Below, one piece after another: positions 1 through 11,765 of a DNA stretch of 64,000 nucleotides (positions are counted from its first letter, which is position 1; every line of letters starts with the position of its first letter). Source of the DNA: Xylographa opegraphella (taxonomy: Eukaryota); the NCBI GenBank assembly GCA_022813865.1, contig JALDZX010000009.1, positions 434,001 to 498,000 on the forward strand, read 5' to 3'. A program made the position numbers and the translations under genes. The notes under the pieces were generated by a model that saw nothing but the letters and a program-made list of their open reading frames with translations, was not told where the DNA came from and searched no databases.

Positions 1-370
1 AGGGAAAGTCTGGTTTATTGTAGCAGTTCGAGGCTTTGCTCAGAGGTGCGCCTGTTTTGTTGTAGGGTATGTCGCTCTGTCGAGAGTAAGGAAAGAGGGG
101 TAGCACAGCTGTCACTTGTCTTGCGGAGGCGGTCTTGCATGCAGAGATTGTTATAAGAAGCTCCATCAGATTGTCATTGACCTTTCCGCCTCCAGACTGA
201 ATAATGTAGACATCTTTCCCACGAACAGATTCCTTGATTTCGACCCGAGTCTCTCCCACAGAAAATTTGTCCAGCAACACATTCGCCGGAGCAACACCGA
301 GATGGTTGCAGATGGTGTGGGTCAGTTGAGGATGAGAGCTACCTCCCAAGACAACGATGTTTCGAACCAT
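1..370 (-). CDS. PRS5: Ribose-phosphate pyrophosphokinase (PRS5-type), 5' part; runs off the left window edge
   Basis: Not in the ORF track. Reverse frame from ATG at 370 reads MVRNIVVLGGSSHPQLTHTICNHLGVAPANVLLDKFSVGETRVEIKESVRGKDVYIIQSGGGKVNDNLMELLITISACKTASARQVTAVLPLFPYSRQSDIPYNKTGAP, a PRPP synthetase N-terminus; the YSRQxDIPY..GAP stretch is PRS5-like. Confidence 0.93.
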   Translation of the reverse strand, partial: MVRNIVVLGGSSHPQLTHTICNHLGVAPANVLLDKFSVGETRVEIKESVRGKDVYIIQSGGGKVNDNLMELLITISACKTASARQVTAVLPLFPYSRQSDIPYNKTGAPLSKASNCYNKPDFP

Positions 371-776
371 TGCGTGAGGTTTCGCGCTACTTCTTGTGAC
401 CGTAGCTCTTCCTAGGACTTTCTCTTATATGACTGCCGAGGATGTATAGAATCAACTGCAGGCTAGGAGTCAAACATTATCGGATCAAGTGAGCAGCTAG
501 CACACAGATCGCACAATAATGGAGGTTTACAATTCATGGCGGGGAGAAGCAAACCAATTCGCAGTGGGTTAAAGCAAAAGTTCTACTGACGTTCTGCCGC
601 CAGACTTCGGCAAAAAACTAGTGATTGCGGAGCCGAGAAAACATTTATCCGTACGAGCACGTGCTTCGCGCTAAATGTGCACTGTAGACATATTAAGGTA
701 TGTAGTAACTCGAGCGCTTGTCTCGTTCCCTGGGTATCATGATATCCTGATTCATCGTACATTTCCTAGTCGCGAC

Positions 777-1452
777 CTAATCACCCGTATCGACCTCCCT
801 ACATAGGTGGTCAGTAAGATCGATCAACTTTTCTTGGGCCATCTCAGCTTACAAGTCCAGCTGAACGCCATTGCTCACTCCGTAGTCTTCCAGCGTTAGA
901 GCATCTTTGAATGGTCGTTCACCTTGTCTCTTGAGCATGATCTCGTGGGGCTCTCGACCTATTTGAGCTGCGACTTGCGCCTTGAACAACCCTATGACAC
1001 TGTTAGCCATTAAGTAGCCGAGACACGCTGTCATCGCTCGACGTACTGATAGAATCGGATGCCAAACAGGGTATCGAAGCTTTAGTGCCCAGCCTATCGT
1101 TGACATTGACAATAATCATAGGCTCTCCTGTAGGAACTGGTCCCGATTTCTTCTCACGCTTCTCCTTCTTCTCCTTCTTGGGCTTTTCCACACTCTTTTC
1201 GGGAACAGCATCCTCACGTCTTTGTTCACGATATGGTGACCGAGGACGACCTTGATCTCTCTCACGATAACCTCTTTCTAGTCGTCTGTCCTCACCTCCA
1301 TTGGTAGGCTCTTCATCACGTCTCTTCTCTTTCCACTTGAAGCCACCTCCGGCACGCTTAGGCTTATCTTCTTCTCGCCTCCGCCGCGGTGACCGGCTCC
1401 TCGGCCTCTCCTCTTGCCTTGGTCGCGGTGATCGCGATCGAGAGTTTGGCAT
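777..1452 (-). CDS. HUB1: Ubiquitin-like splicing modifier Hub1/UBL5 with N-terminal RS/charged extension (3 exons)
   Basis: Exons 1452-1047, 991-853, 798-777; introns GTACGT..GCTAAC..TAG (1046-992) and GTAAGC..CTGAC..TAG (852-799). UBL domain MIIVNVNDRLGTKASIPCLASDSIRLFKAQVAAQIG...KDALTLEDYGVSNGVQLDLEVDTGD* carries the Hub1 NDRLG/CL..DS/LEDY signature. Confidence 0.9.
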
Positions 1453-1601
1453 CTTTACGAAGGTAGGTCTGGGGCGGTTTCGGCCAATGACGAAGAATCC
1501 TGGAGCCGCCGCTAGTGCCGGGAGAGGATCGCACTAATCCAGCCCTATGTCGCCCGTTCTAGATTCTGAGGTTCAGTCTCGAAGTTCTATGAAGCACACC
1601 A

Positions 1602-2409
1602 ATGTCTATCAGTACTTCCCATCTAGCGGTCCATCGACCCTCTTCCACAACTATTCTTTTCACGGTATCCGATGCTACTTCGCAAGGGAATATATCAGCG
1701 CGAGTTATATACTATATCACGTGCTTAGTACGTATTATCATTGGACTACTAACTGCATCATTGTTGCTTGTGAAATATGGATGTGATTCCAACCCGCACG
1801 GTTCCATGCTCAGCATGGATATGTGTCCACCATGGCTGCTCAAAGATATGCCAATACTGGTGACCTTTGCCACCAAGTACAGCTGGCAACTATTGGCACC
1901 GTTGTCGTTGGCGGTCTTATATCTTTGCTTCCGCCGTTTCTACACAGGTATTCCGCAACAGTCCTTCAAACCAGCCCCTTTAACTTGATTTGGATGGTAT
2001 ATAATATCTGGTCGACCGATATCTGATCTCGTCACAGAAGAGTCACTACTTGTCCTGCGCACGTTGGGCGTTCAGACCTCCACTACTTCAAGCACCTACC
2101 TGAGCACATCTACCACACGCTTCATACCGACATCTCAGATTCAAGACATCTTTATTCACGAAGCTTTCAAGGGGTTTGAAGTGCGCTACTATCTAGCTAT
2201 CGTCGTCCAGGATGAGGGGGAAGTAGTTGTAGTATTCCCTGTCAGTACCCCTTTCCCATTATCAATCAAATCACACCAACATTAGATCGAGGACATGCCA
2301 CAGCAGATTGACTGACCGGTGACGATCATAGAACTTGTTGCCGAAACTGGCTATTGTGGAGCAAGTATGGAAGGAAGCGAGAGCGTGTCTTTTTGAACCC
2401 AAGTCTTGA
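1602..2409 (+). CDS. GPI15: GPI-GlcNAc transferase complex subunit PIG-H/Gpi15 (3 exons)
   Basis: Exons 1602-1947, 2038-2240, 2332-2409; two hydrophobic segments followed by EESLLVLRTLGVQTST...TRFIP...IQDIFIHEAFKGFEVRYYLAIVV...VVVVFPNLLP, the PIG-H domain pattern. Confidence 0.88.
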
Positions 2410-3061
2410 GGGTGAACGTCGTATCCTGTTTCATTACCGGAAAGCATCCATCAGATCACGGCAAGACGAGAAATCTTTCCGACATTCCGCTACAGCAGCC
2501 ACAATTCTGCCAGGAATCTCCATCTCCCGACACCGATATTCTGCTCTTTCCGGGGTTTGTTTAAAATATGGACCCTCGACCACAAATATATCGGAAGTAA
2601 AGATTCCCAACCACAAACCACAAGCTCCATCTTACAGACCAAGCACAAGAATGCCACCCATCCGCCTCTCCGACCCCGTCGAAAACTGTCAACCCGGCCC
2701 ACGACAGTCACCGCAACACATTTCCGATCTCGAACCCCTCGCTTCTCCATCCGACAATCAACAAGAGACCCTCCTCAACACCGCTTGCAAGCATGCCAGC
2801 CTCTGATCTGCACTAGCACCGCAAAGCTCCACGGCGACGGAGTCATGCCAGAAGCCGATGTAGCTACAGTTATCGAGTCGTAATAGCTCCAGATATCAAA
2901 CCATAGCTCCTAGAAACATCATTACCAGTACCACCTCCCAAACCCGTGCACCACGTCCCCATCACCATGCAATCCACTGTTCCCAAACAACCCACCCACG
3001 CATCCACCTCCTCTCACGCTCCCATCCTCCCACCAACTCCAACCCCATAGCTCATATCCCT

Positions 3062-3606
3062 TCACGACTCCTCCCCCCTCTCCCCTCCCTCCCCCCCAAC
3101 AACACCCAAAATCCCCACCTGCTCCCCCTCCCCAAACCGCTCATCACACTCCTCCACCACACAATCCAACAGCCCCAGATCCCGCGGGCGCAGATTAACC
3201 AGCATCAGCAGCTCCGCCTTGCTAAGCTCATACGCCCTCAGCGCCGTGAGCAGCGCGCGCGTCGTAGACGCCGTGAAGGGCGGGGAGGTGTAGTCTGGGA
3301 GGGGGGACGGGGGGGTTGTGGTGGAGGGGGCGATGTGCCCGGAGGTGAGGTATTCGACACAGGAGGCGCGGATGGTTTCGAAGTTGGGGGATTTGAGCGG
3401 GGGGGTGGTGAGGGTGGTGAGGATGGTGGTGGGGGGGGTGGTTGTAGCGGGGGTTTTGGAAGAGGAGAGGGAGAGCAGGTGCGTGAGGACTTCGGCGTTG
3501 GTGAGGGTGGCGGATTGGGATTCGAGGATCTGGAGAGTCGGAGGGGGGGGGGGGTTAGTGCTCTGCGTCTGGGGTGGGGCGATGGTGGGGGGGCAGGTAC
3601 CTTCAT
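3062..3606 (-). CDS. RPC17: RNA polymerase III subunit RPC17/RPC9 (Rpb4/CRCP family), 6-nt first coding exon
   Basis: ATGAAG (3606-3601), intron GTACCT..CACTAAC..CAG (3600-3530), then exon 3529-3062: MKILESQSATLTNAEVLTHL...PNFETIRASCVEYL...YELSKAELLMLVNLRP.DLGLLDCVVEECDERF...*; characteristic C17 N- and C-terminal motifs. Confidence 0.88.
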
Positions 3607-4112
3607 AGCGAGAGGTGGGGAAACGGATGAGTCAGTGGAGACCTCGAAGGGACGGTGGCTTGGTGGGGGTGGACAATGCCAGCGTGGTGATGTGCGCGGG
3701 CGCGAAGAAAAAGTGCACGTTTGGCAGAGGTTGGGATTTCGGGAGGGGAGGTGAGGGTGGAGGGGTTTGAGGGAGATATTGATTCCTGGCAACTACACGG
3801 CGGAGGACGAGGGTCTAGTTTAGAGTGATCGGTTACAACAGGGTAAGTGAGTCTATGTTTCGCTACAGCCAATTTTGTCTATGGAGGTTCGCTGTTTGTT
3901 ACCAACACTTTTCAATTTTTCTGATATCCATCCCATATTCGATGCCCTCCGTAGGAGCAATTCCCATGCACTAGGCCAATCCGCTTCCTAGGAGTAGTCC
4001 CCCCCAAGGGACCAATCACCTTTGTACGACCGATCCTCTCTACAGGAGCAAACCCCTCTATCCGCAGCAATACCCTACATATGAGCCATTCCCTTCACAG
4101 GACCAATCGCCA

Positions 4113-5267
4113 TCACAGCAGCATAGCCATCCCATCCACCAAGCTATCCACCCCCTTCTCGTGCTCCGTCATCTTACTCCTCTTCCCCAGCATCTTCGCA
4201 TTCGCCTTCCGCAGCTCCTTCGCCTCCAGCGCCGTCAGCCGTCCCTCGTCCTCTTCGATACGCGTGCGTACTACGAGAGCCTGCCGCGTGACGTTGTTGA
4301 TTTTCCTCTTGACGGAACGGACTCTGTCACCACTGTGGCGGAGAGTCGTGATCTGTTTCTCCAGTTCGATCAGACGCTTCGAGAGATCTCGGGGTCGTCG
4401 GACTTCCTTTCCCTTCTTGGACCGCTTCCCTTGCTTGCCTGGCTGGTTCCGGTTTTTGAGAGCTTGTGCCGTGAGTGCGGCCCAGGATGAGCTGTCTGCG
4501 GATTGTGTTGGGACAACCGGGTGTGATTTCCCAGGATCATTCGTTTGAGAAGAGCTGGCTGTAATATCACTCCTGCTTATGAATCCGAATTCGACAACGG
4601 GCTTCTCTGCACTGAAAGATGTGGTAGCTGTTGTCTGCGAAAGATGATCAAGTGGGTCGTTGCGTGCTGATAAATGACCAGAATGGTTGTTTTCGTTGAC
4701 AGTGAGCCGGTTGAAGCAATCCTGAATGCTACTTTCTTGATTGGAGGCTCCACTGACTGCCTGTATCCCGTTCCGGTCTCGAGCGATCCTTTCTTCTCGT
4801 AGTTTGATTTGTGCTGCGTTTAGACGATCAGCGGCTTCACGACCCTCTTTTTTCATCAGATCTCTCCCAGCCTTGCACGGCCGTTTCTTTCTGCGGGACC
4901 GGAAATTCATAGCAGCAACATTAATATCATTTTCCGGCCGCTGCCATGGTGGTCCCCTCTCAACCGGATGTGCGAGTGATGCAGAATTGCTGGAGCCACT
5001 CAGCTGGACGGGTTGAGGCGACCTTACGGAGAGGCTGGCATGTTGGGAGTTACAAGGCTTTGTCCCATGTATTGGATTCGTGGGATTCGTGGTGGCGATA
5101 TTGTAGGAAGGATAAGTGGCTTTTTGTACTGGCTGAGGATTGCCAAGCGTGTCTGCATAGTCCACCACGGCCGTAGAAGCAGCATCAGGGAGACGGTAAG
5201 GTACAGTCTGTGATGAATGAGATGGATATGAGAACGGTGCGTCTGACGGAGGGAAGTCGATGTCCAT
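4113..5267 (-). CDS. Hypothetical protein, 384 aa, with basic predicted coiled-coil C-terminus
   Basis: Single long ATG-initiated ORF filling the RPC17-VMA6 interval; K/R-rich clusters (RSRRKKR, KQGKRSKKGK); no recognised domain. Confidence 0.65.
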   Translation of the reverse strand: MDIDFPPSDAPFSYPSHSSQTVPYRLPDAASTAVVDYADTLGNPQPVQKATYPSYNIATTNPTNPIHGTKPCNSQHASLSVRSPQPVQLSGSSNSASLAHPVERGPPWQRPENDINVAAMNFRSRRKKRPCKAGRDLMKKEGREAADRLNAAQIKLREERIARDRNGIQAVSGASNQESSIQDCFNRLTVNENNHSGHLSARNDPLDHLSQTTATTSFSAEKPVVEFGFISRSDITASSSQTNDPGKSHPVVPTQSADSSSWAALTAQALKNRNQPGKQGKRSKKGKEVRRPRDLSKRLIELEKQITTLRHSGDRVRSVKRKINNVTRQALVVRTRIEEDEGRLTALEAKELRKANAKMLGKRSKMTEHEKGVDSLVDGMAMLL

Positions 5268-5797
5268 GGTGGACGAAAGTCGTGTGACACCAAGTTCTGA
5301 TGGATTAGGTGGGCCTCATAAGCACGTTCGAAATGCAGCCCTAAGAGGATGGTTTGCTGAAGAAAGGTACGGCGAATAGGATGGAGTTGTATTTGTCGAA
5401 CCTTAGTGTGACAGTGCCAAAGTTCAGCAAGCGAGTGTAGCTTCTATCCTAAGTCCGAAGGTTTGTTCACGTAAAGTCTACCTACTCTACCAGGAGTGTT
5501 TAAATATCCGCAGTGATATCTCGCCAATTGATGTGATGAGGCACGGGCACGAGGGCCATCTAAAGTACCCTGTTCATAGGCACCGGCCCGTTGAATAAGT
5601 CAAAGCGAAATGACTTTGGTTCTTTCGTGTGGATGTGACTGCGGTCGTGCACGTCTCGCACATAGATATGATACAGTATTGAACAGTCCTATGAGCAGCC
5701 CTCCCCAGCCTCTGAACACCGTCGCATGAGATGCATGAATGAAGATAGACTTCTTCACAAGGACGACGACCTTACAAGAAAAAAACAAGCGCTCGCT

Positions 5798-7072
5798 TCA
5801 GAAGACGCTAATGTAGTTGCCGATCCGCTCCTTCTGATTCTGCGCGATGCACTCGGAGATCCACGTGATGTTGCGGATTTCCTTCGCAATCGGTCAGTAT
5901 CGCTCGTGCACCCCTTGGAAGCATTGCATTTGTTGATTTACGTACCTGTTCCCGGAGCTTGACCCACCCGTATATTACGGCATGGGTAAACTGCCGTGTG
6001 AAGGCGTTTTTGGATATCTCCATTTCTTTCTGATAGAACATATCTTCCAAGCTCTTTCCGTCACTCCCGGTTCCTCCGCTCATGTTCCCCGCACCCGATC
6101 CACCCATTCCGTTCTGACCCATACCGATGATATCGAAGAACGATTTGTAGTCGTGAACACCACTGACAGCCAGGCTGACTCCCTCAACGTCGTCCGCTCT
6201 CGATAACATGAGAGTCCCCTCAGGGTAAAGCCGTCCAAAATCGGGGTAGAGCTTTTTGCGATCATCCTTGGAGAGCTCGGTGCCAAAGGAGTTGAGGGTG
6301 ATGTTGATCGCTCTCCGATCCGCCTCGAACTCCAACACCTCCGACATAACTTCCGAGGTTGGGGTGTTTCGGAGCTCTGGATGAGTGGTGACGAACCTAT
6401 AGAAATCCTCGAGATAGTTTTTGTAGAGGGTGTTTCGAATAATCTCGATATTGAGCTCGTCCAGGTCATGGTGACTCAAGGACCCCTTGAAGTATGGCGC
6501 CAGAGGTGTCTCGATGAGGACAGAATTGTAAAGCTCCTCGATATTGGTAGCCACGCAAAGCACGGGCATGGTCTCGAACCAGCCCAAGGGATGACATCGT
6601 TCCAGCAACTCCCGCGTATCCCGTTCGTGGAGAGTGCCGGTGATGAGGAGCGCCACGTTGTCGATCATGTATCCATAAGTCAGGTATTCCATGAACTTGG
6701 AGAGCGTTCCAGTTGCTTGCGCCTGAAGATACCGGAATTCGGCGACGAGCTTATCCGTCGTTTTGTTTGCGAGCGATGAGGTGGAGGGGTTTGGAGGCAA
6801 GGAGGCGAGGAAGTCCCCGTACGCCGGAGAGAGTTGTAGCTTGACATCTAGAAGCGTTTAGCATATCCCGGCAGAGGCGAGCAATGCCCGAGGCTGACCA
6901 TCGATTGTCTCGCATTGGGTTAAGTTGCCATAATTCTGGCTTGTCAGTAGACTGTTACGATATCCTCGCACGATGCCTTCCACGTATCTGCAAGAGTTAG
7001 CCAAGAGGCCGAGCTGGTATGCTTGCCACGCGAAGCTCACCCGCCGTTCACGTTGAAGAAGAGACCCTCCAT
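5798..7072 (-). CDS. VMA6: V-type ATPase V0 subunit d (4 exons)
   Basis: MEGLFFNVNGG|YVEGIVRGYRNSLLTSQNYGNLTQCETID|DVKLQLSPAYGDFL...YMIDNVALLITGTLHERD...CHPLGWF...REQ|EIRNITWISECIAQNQKERIGNYISVF*; canonical GT-AG introns near 7040, 6899 and 5945. Confidence 0.97.
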
Positions 7073-7488
7073 CGTGAAAGCACAGACGTGTGATTTATGA
7101 TTGAGCCTGTGTGATGCTCTGGAGAAGACGTAGTTAGACACCTTAGTATCGAACATCAAGCATTGCCGCTGGTCTAGCTCAATATTCACTAGCGGCCTTT
7201 GCGACAGGCAGGGAGACTGGAAATTACAGAATATTGTTAATACGTGAGGTACGCAAGTGGTATTGATCGCAAGTTCTCTTCAATTAAAAGCTTTGATCTC
7301 GATTCGTGGAGAGCGCTATTGTTTCTAGACGCTCTGACTGGGGCTGATGCGTGTCTAACTCCTCGCTTGCTATAATGCGACAAATGTGTATCCCAACCGA
7401 AGAACGTCCATGGTATTTGCCCCCGTAATGCCCGAGCTTGCTCCATCCCAAATGCAGCAAAAGCGTATCCACATATGCCATAGACCCA

Positions 7489-9375
7489 TTAATCGCTTCT
7501 CCTGATGACGAAGACTCCCACCTCGATCCCGCCTTGTTCAGAGGGACCTCCGCCGTGTACGTAATCCCGCTGCTCCACCCCCTCCACAATGGAGCGCATT
7601 AGCATCACCTGATTAACACTTTCATTGCCCAGCTGTTTCCTCGCACGGCTCAGATACTCGGTGGTTACATGTCGAATCTTGGGCGCTTCCTGCTTCAGAT
7701 ACCATTGTGTCCAGACTTTGCGATGCAAATGAACGGTGGATTTGTTTGCGTGTAAGAGTGTATAGCGTGCGTGGCTCGTTGGGATTGTACCCCGACTCAA
7801 TCCTCTGAGTAACATGTTGACTTTACGCGTCAGGCCTTCAAAAGAAACAAGATGATTGATAGATGCCATGGTTCCAAGCTCGACACCAATATCAAGAGAC
7901 AGACAATGACTCGTGACAACACTCCTCAATATCGGATCCAGGATCGGGTTCAGATAGTCCGTTTTGAAGGTCTCAGCGCCCACCTTGGTTGGATAGATGA
8001 ACAATAGAGTGCCTCCGTCTGGAGACAACTCAACAAGGCGATCCACCAGGACCGAGGGACTGCCCAAGGTAAAAAGGTCCATGAACTCTTGGGTGGAGCT
8101 GGGCGGGATAAAGCGCTCCAACAGAGCAAAATCGGTACTGGCAGGAGGAACGGCGAGACTAGGTGACAAGAGGGCAGACAATTCGGTGTTATTGTTGCGT
8201 GGCGTGAACGTGTCGTGACGGTCCGCAAGCGCGACAGCACTGCTGAAAACCCTCGAGGTGAAATAGTCTTCCGGTGGATTGGTGATGCCTGGAGTTCCTG
8301 GTGGAGAATTTGGGAGACTGGTGAGCGCGAAGTTGACGGGAACAGCGTGGGTCACTTGAATGTACTGTGTCGAGCTCGTCAAGAGCTTTCTCTGAAGAAC
8401 ATCCATCAATGAGGGGAATGCTGTCGTAGCGACGACGACGGGCTCTGTTGGCTTGGGTCGAGGAAGGGAGACCGGGGCTGGTAGTGTTTGCGCGACAACT
8501 TTGATCGTGCCTCTGATGCTTGAAGTCTCGGTGAACTCGAAAGCTAGGTGTCATTTTTAGTCGAGTCATTCCACATATCCAAGCGATGAGTGGAACATAC
8601 CCGATACTCTCATAGCCTCTTGCAGCCACGGCTCGGTGGCCATGAGCTCGCCATCATCAGCTCCACCACTTGAGATCGCGGGTCTGTTGTCTGTGCCGAC
8701 ATCACCCGGTCCACTGGATCCTCCCTGAAGGATCTCCACATTCTCTGCGTCGGTCGCTGAGGCTCCTAATATCGTCGAGTCCATGTTCGCTGATGTTTGA
8801 GATCGTGACTTGCTCGAGGGGAAGTCTCCGTGTCTTACAACGGCATCATTCACAATTTCCTGCGTGAACGAAGCCGCAGATCTCTCGTGGGTGGATGTGG
8901 CTAGGGGCGGTATCACTGACGACGCCGTCGGTCTTTCGTGAGTGGGTGTGGCTAGGGGCGTTATCATTGACGACGCCGAACCATGTTCTTCTACGGTGGG
9001 AGAATCCAGCATCGACGGCGCCTGAGGTAGCTTCAGTGGTTCCTGAGCCTGCGATCCAGGTCGACCGTTTGAGCGGATGTTGAAGAAGTCACGCGGGGGG
9101 AGTTGGATTCTAAAGAAGGGCTTCGCGGAAGCTGACGCCGATCTTGAAGAGCAAGGGTGCAGCGTGCTTGCAACAGAGCATGCTCGCTTGAGCTCAAATG
9201 TGTGCTGGGGAAACGCTTCTGTCTCTTCCAGAACGAGAGACTCACTGACGGCAGCTGTTCCGTCCACGCGTGGTTGATCAGAAAGCGAACGACCCTGGTG
9301 TTTCAAAACGTCTGCTGCCGCCATTGGGGCTGGAGGGAAGGCTGGCTCACAATCTCCTCTGCAGGTTGCCGACAT
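7489..9375 (-). CDS. Uncharacterised protein (2 coding exons; S/T/P-rich N-terminal half, globular C-terminal domain)
   Basis: ORFs 8566-9405 and 7489-8409 are joined in frame by an intron GTATGT..CTAG (~8600-8545). First in-frame ATG at 9375 (start uncertain). C-terminal block ERFIPP...SVLVDRLVELS..GTLLFIYPTK.GA.TF...YL.PILDP...GIEVGVFVIRR looks conserved. Confidence 0.7.
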
Positions 9376-10839
9376 TAAGGTATCTCTCACATCAGTGAAG
9401 GTCAAGCCCGCAGCAGTATTGGCAGGATAGAGTACGCCTAACCGCGTGCGTTCCTGTTAGGCCGGGGAACGGCACAGACAAGAATTGGGCCCAGGATATC
9501 TCGGGGGACAGATGAAGGTGAAGGAGAAGGATGGGTGGAAGTGCGAGGATCAGATCACAGAGACACAGAGCAGGACGACAACGACGATGAGCATGATGTC
9601 AACGTACGTAGAGATTGGTGATAGGAGATTGAAAAGTTCTGGGGAGAATTGGAAGATTGGAGTGGTGGTGGAGGTGGTGGAAGGGTTCGGGCTCGGTGCC
9701 TGTGACAAGGATGCGAGGTCCTGGGCCTAGACCGCCGCAGACCGCCTGTCACGGTTCGTGGGCGTGCTCAGTACTGTGGTACTACGTGGGATAATATGTA
9801 CTATGTACTATGTACTCATTCGTATTAATAATTAGAAATGCCGTTTCTCTCTCCAAGAAGCCGTTTCACCGAGCACTCGACCGGGGACGACAAACATGCA
9901 TTTAATTGACGTGGGCTTGCAGGAAACAATCACATTTCCCTTCGGCCCTTCGGGCTCGCATTGATCCCCTACCCGCGCCCGCCGACAATGCCAGGGGCCA
10001 CGACTCACGACCCACGGAAGGGCATGATTAGGGCATCGTGGATTCAGACTACAAGTAGATGCAGAGAACGATCTGATGGAGAGTGCTCTGGCTGCATCTT
10101 GAACGTCACCCTGCACCCGAGCCAAGCTGCTTGATGGGTTGATCTCAGGGCATTCTCATAACGGTGGAGCGTGGATCGCGGTCCCCTGGTCAGCATGTCT
10201 GATTAGTCCTACCTATCATCTACCGAGCAGGCCTGGCTGGCGGCGGAGAAAACACCGAGGCGGGAATGACGACAGCTGCCGTTGTGCTTTTGCATCCGCC
10301 ATCCCCCATCTTGTTCCGGTGTGCATTGTTTAGTGTCCACGGTCACAGCGGTCGCTTCTCCGGTTTGAGATCTTCTGCTAAGCTGGAAGCTACGCACACG
10401 ATACCAGCAATGTTTGGATCGGCGGCTTTTGTGGCTCGACCGCGTTAGGTTAAGACTTGTCTCCTTGAATGCCGTTGGACAGCCTCCATATGCGCCATCA
10501 AGCGGAGGGCCGGAGGGTACAAGGCAGAGTGACGATGGTGGCATGATCGATTGGCCGATTCCTTCTTCTTATGGGTCCTGCAAACGTCGACCGTTTTCTG
10601 GTCATACGACCAACGGCTACGGCTCCGTGGTGGAGTGGAGGCGCACGACAAGTCTTTCCCTTGGATATGCCGAGGCCTGGATCCTAATGCCTAGCCAGCA
10701 TTTGTGCTTACCATAGCATTCACGAAAGCGTTCGAGAGGACATCTCACTTGTGTTCGCAATCCTCTACACTATCATCCCTTGCCGATACCCAATAACGTT
10801 CGTGGAGAATCTTCCTGCTTTCCTGATACCGACGGCGAA

Positions 10840-11765
10840 ATGTCTCAACCCAAAGTTCTCTTCGTGCTCACATCCCACAACAAGTTGGGCGACACTGGAA
10901 AGCCTACGGGCTGGTATCTGGTGCATGACGTCTCTGATACAACATTAGAGTCTCTGCGGACTGACACGGTAACAGCCTGAATTCGCGCACCCGTATGATG
11001 TGCTTGCTCCTCATACCCATATCACAATTGCATCGCCTGCCGGGGGTGAAGCCCCTCTGGACCCGTCAAGCATAGACAAGTCCGACAAGTCCTCCGCCGC
11101 TTTTCTCGAACACAAAGAGGCCCTCTGGAAGCAGACCGAGAAGCTCGAGAGCTTCGTCGGACGTGCTAAAGAATTCGACGCCATTTTTTACGTTGGGGGC
11201 CACGGACGTAAGTTGACCTCTTAAAGCGCATGTGTAGTGCTTGATATTTTATAATTGGTGGAAGCGAAGCAATTTTATGTTCAGGCGCTAAAACTTTGAT
11301 GCTTCGACGTCGACGTCTTACTTGACCGACCAGCCACTCTATGGGACGAGCTGATAGTCTTTCACAGCTATGTTCGATCTAGCCGGAGACGAGACATCTC
11401 ACAAGGTCATTCGGGAGTTTTACGAAGGAGGCCGTATCGTGGCCGCGGTCTGTCATGGCCCAGCAGCGCTCGTCAATGCTCAATTATCAGACGGCTCTTA
11501 TCTCATCGGCGACTCTCCCGTAACTGGTTTCTCTAACGCCGAAGAAGACGCCGTTGGGTTGACAGCCGCAATGCCCTTCCAGCTGGAAACCGAGCTGAAC
11601 AAGAACAGCGGTGGCCACTTCCAAAAGGCACAGGAACCGTGGGGTGTAAAGGTCGTGACTGCCAAGGGAGGCAGATTGATCACCGGCCAGAACCCTGCTT
11701 CGGCGAAGGCCGTGGGCGAGGCCATCTACGAGGCCATCTTCGGTGAACTGGTGTCCAAAACCTAA
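10840..11765 (+). CDS. DJ-1/PfpI (ThiJ) family protein, Hsp31/glyoxalase III-like (3 exons)
   Basis: Exons 10840-10920, 10976-11207, 11368-11765; KVLFVLTSH..LGDTGKPTGWYLPEFAHPY, FDAIFYVGGHGPMFDL, catalytic AAVCHG, LITGQNPASA. Confidence 0.95.

Noticed and set aside
3238..3872. Pro-rich and Gly-rich ORFs (184, 139, 96, 89 aa) that look like extensin or glycine-rich proteins
   Set aside because: Off-frame or antisense shadows of the C-run-rich RPC17 gene.
9795..9815. (TATGTAC)3 short tandem repeat
   Set aside because: Too short to distinguish from ordinary slippage; no functional context.
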